Below, one piece after another: positions 60,727 through 64,000 of a stretch of 64,000 bases of DNA. The DNA is from Flaccisagitta enflata (lineage: Eukaryota). Within the stretch, counting starts at the first letter, position 1, and every line of letters starts with the position of its first letter. Below the pieces are notes generated by a model, which was not told the origin of the DNA, did no database searches, and worked only from the letters and a program-made list of their open reading frames with translations. The position numbers and the translations under genes are program-made. The stretch lies in contig OZ231126.1 of NCBI GenBank assembly GCA_965153355.1, positions 13,950,001 through 14,014,000 on the forward strand, written 5' to 3'.

Positions 60727-61136
60727 CCCAGGGAGCCCCTATCTCTCGTGTTTTGAATTTTTTGAAATCCTTAACTGAATATCTTCCATTTGAGACTAAT
60801 AACATAGAAGTTCTGAGAGAAATAAGGATTATTAACCAAAAGACGACCATTTTGGGCCTTTTTTAATTAAAATTTACCCCTTTAGAAGTTCTATACTCAA
60901 CAGAATTTCTATGAACCTCAAGTAAAATTGACATGAGAAATCCATCGGTGAAGTCAAAAATTTGAGTTTCACATCCCTAAGTGCCGAAATCACCAAAACA
61001 CCACCTTTTTTTACCTAGAATTTTGAAATTTTCAAAATTTTGATTTCTTCGTTTTTTTCAATGAAAAGCCCTTAATTTGATTAGTCTAATTCACTTGTTA
61101 AAATATCTTAAGTCTTTCATGAGAAGTCACCATAGA

Positions 61137-61277
61137 AACAAGGCCGGATACACGGCCAATACCAGTTGGGCCAATACCAGTTGCGGACGGGTGGGCAGGG
61201 GCGGAATGCGAGTTTTCACACCGACGGGCCAACGGACCAACAAAGGCTCTTATAGAGTTGCATGTCCGCAACTAAAA
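61137..61277 (-). mobile_element. HINE family A
   Basis: Both termini present. Confidence 0.78.
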
Positions 61278-62489
61278 AGAAATAAGCATGTTAGCAGCCC
61301 CCCTGAAAATTTGTCACCCCCCTATCACCCCCACCAAGGGGTGATGGAGCCAAATTTTTTGACATGCGGGTACATCTCCATAGAGTGATACTATATACCA
61401 AAAATGAAAGAAATCAAAGAGGTCATGGTTCCAATCTTGGTCCGCTTGTCACAGACTGCCCCATATTTCTCTCATGAACCCTGCGTCGGTCAAAGATTTT
61501 TTTTGTCTTTAAGCGAGCGGTGTTTGTCAAAGGTTGATAAGTTATCGTCGAAAATTAGGATCGTTATTGTTTGTCATGACTCATGAAGTATAATAATGCT
61601 ATCAACTGATTAATGTTAATGATGCACCTAATCATGAAAAAAGCAAAAAAAAAAATCAACCTCGAGCATCATCGATTAACCCCGAGTGACCCGAGGGGTC
61701 TTATGTCACCTCAGATAACCCAATATAATACTAAATTATGTAAACGCGCTCTTATTTTGACTAAAAGATGACATTCTTTTCAGTCAGTTTATCCACTTTC
61801 CTTTATTCTATTCAATTCTTATTTCCGGTCTGCCTCACGTAAACGAAAGATTTCTTTTATTTTCTCGAAAGATAAAAAAAGCAGAATTCGTCGAAAAAGA
61901 AGGACGATTACATAAAGAATCGATTCTATCATTACTGTCTCATGTTTTTGTTATGGACTGAATCTGTGTGATCGAATTGTGGACTTTCCGCGTTCATCGC
62001 GTATGATTTGGTTTACAGACAATTTATATGGATTCGTGATCTCATTTGAGTAATATTCCGCTCTGACGAATCTTATCGGACTGAGCTATGAACCGATCGA
62101 GCAATGAAGTGTCCCAACTGTGTCACTGCGCGCCGAATGTGTGAGATATAAAGACGCGCAGCGAAATCTATTTGTTTGATAGTGTGGCAATTTCTTAACT
62201 ACCAATCATTGGCCGAAAAGAGAGAAATTGCCATTTATTGGGAAAACATAAGGACGATATGCCTCTCATAACAAGAAAGTGGTCAAAATTGCTCCTGAAA
62301 TGAATTGATAGGTCACATTGAGATAAGTGATTAAGCTCTCAAAATTACATAGAAAAGATTATATGAGCAACATGTAATACCCAAAGACGCTAAAAGAAAC
62401 AATCATCACCAAAAATTAGAGTTTTCTATTGATCTGTTATCAAAGAAGAACTTGACATTATCGCGCGGACGAAATAGTACAAATTACTC

Positions 62490-62709
62490 TTTTTAGTCGC
62501 GTGCTACGCGACTCTACACCCCGCTTTGTCGGTCCGTCCGTCGGTTCGTCCGTCAGTCCGTCGGTCCGTCCATCGGTCCGTCACACTTTACTTTTTTGGG
62601 GTTTTCGCGGTCTTTGGCCTCACTGCTCCTGCCCAAATGATCAAGTGACCTCAAATACAGCTCCTGCCCACCCGCACGCGGCTGGGGTAGCCGTGTATCC
62701 GGCCTTGTT
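62490..62709 (+). mobile_element. HINE family A
   Basis: Both termini and (GTCC)n present. Confidence 0.85.
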
Positions 62710-63251
62710 ATTGAGTAAGGACAAAGTTTATAAGGACATAAGGCTTAAAGTTTGCCAAAATTCAGCCTCTAATTTAGAAAAAAATTTGTTTCGTATTCCA
62801 AATTCAATCATTGCTGTGATAATTGCTAAAAGATATATTTTCAAAATTGAAAATAGTAATTATTTGTTTTTGTACATCCTTACGTCCTTAAAAACTGAAA
62901 AGAGTGTAACAAATATTGATAGAATTGGTGCTTAGCGCTTTTCATAACACACCGAAAATCTTCATGTTGCATGACAAAGAAGGAAAAAGAAAATTGAGAA
63001 AAAGAAAAGGAGAAAAGAAGAAAAACGAGAGTGTGAATGACGACGAGTATGGGGATGAAGTTCATCACCACGTTCATCCTTTTTGTTTTCGCGTTCTTTT
63101 GGTTGTACTTTTTTATATTTCATCAAGTAATGAAGTTAATGCTTTAAAAAAATCTATTCAGAAAGTTGATTTTTGAATAATCAAATTTTTGCTCACCCCC
63201 TCTTAAAAGTTTGCCCAGTGTATATACAGCGCTTGGATTTTTTTGATTTTA

Positions 63252-63674
63252 AACAAGGCCGGATACACGGCAATACAGTCGCGGAAGGTCGGGCAGGAGC
63301 AGTAGTGCGAAAACCGCTCGGAATTTAACAAGCCCGACCGGGCAACGATGCGTCCGGGCTGTGTCTTAGCGTGTATTGATCATGTGACATACTGGAGAGA
63401 CAGATGGACGAACAGACGGGTGAAAAGACTCTCAAAACATGTTGGTTGATCATTTGATTCAGTGTCGGATCTCACCGTGGCCAAAAACAGCCGAGAAACG
63501 CGGTTTTTTGCACAGGCGTTACGGACGGACGGATGGACGGACGGACTGACGGACCAACAGACGGACAGACCCTCTTATAGAGATGCGTTCCTGATGGACG
63601 CATCTAAAAACGTTACGGGACGGACGGACCGACCGACGCGGCAAGGTGTAGAGTCGCGTGTCCGCGACTAAAAA
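63252..63674 (-). mobile_element. HINE family A with a second HINE-like insert (~63327-63610)
   Basis: Family A ends enclose AACAAGCCCGACCGGGC...(GGAC)n...GACGCATCTAAAAA. Confidence 0.7.
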
Positions 63675-63962
63675 TGAGTACTGTAGATAATAACGCAAAA
63701 TGATGTTTTAAAAAAAAGTGCCACTCGCGACGTTTGGCGGCGTAATTCCCGGAATTTCTTTTACACGGAGATGAAGTCAAGAGAGGAAAAAATCGGCGAC
63801 ATAACAGCAGAGAATTATAGAAGGTTTGTAGGACCTGGAGCGGTTACTAAGTGATTATTTCTGATTTAATACGTAACTGTTGATCAGGGCAGGACTATGA
63901 CACTAAAATGACACCTGAATAAAATCTTTCTGAAACCTCTCCAATAGTTGGAGCTGCAAATA

Positions 63963-64000
63963 CAGTGGAAACCCGATATAACGGTTTTGAAGGGACTATG
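63963..64000 (+). mobile_element. Left end of a Tigger/pogo-like element (runs off window)
   Basis: TA|CAGTGGAAACCCGATATAACG. Confidence 0.5.

Noticed and set aside
62880-63176. Overlapping short ORFs on both strands
   Set aside because: Low complexity, no recognisable motif

Overview
Eukaryotic (invertebrate animal-like) genomic DNA, very rich in microsatellites and non-autonomous transposons. Genes: a solitary histone H1 with canonical 3' stem-loop (-); a divergent DNAI1-like axonemal dynein intermediate chain with at least 13 GT-AG exons (-); an intronless tandem double-HIT-domain gene (+); a multi-exon protein with about 13 dispersed C2H2 fingers, an AT-hook and a C-terminal GW/WG-rich tail (+); a small H-type lectin-domain gene (-); and some unresolved exon candidates. 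Repeats: hAT derivatives with 8-bp TSDs, a 5.3-kb near-perfect palindrome with a 5-bp TSD, a Chapaev-like foldback nested in a TA-MITE, several TA-MITEs, two LINE 3' fragments and many Helentron/DINE-like (HINE) elements. Most notable: the possible Argonaute-hook zinc-finger protein, tandem arrays built from exon-end plus splice-donor units inside DNAI1 introns, the giant foldback, and splice-acceptor motifs just upstream of several start codons (possible SL trans-splicing). All gene models were assembled by eye without database searches; the species is not identified.
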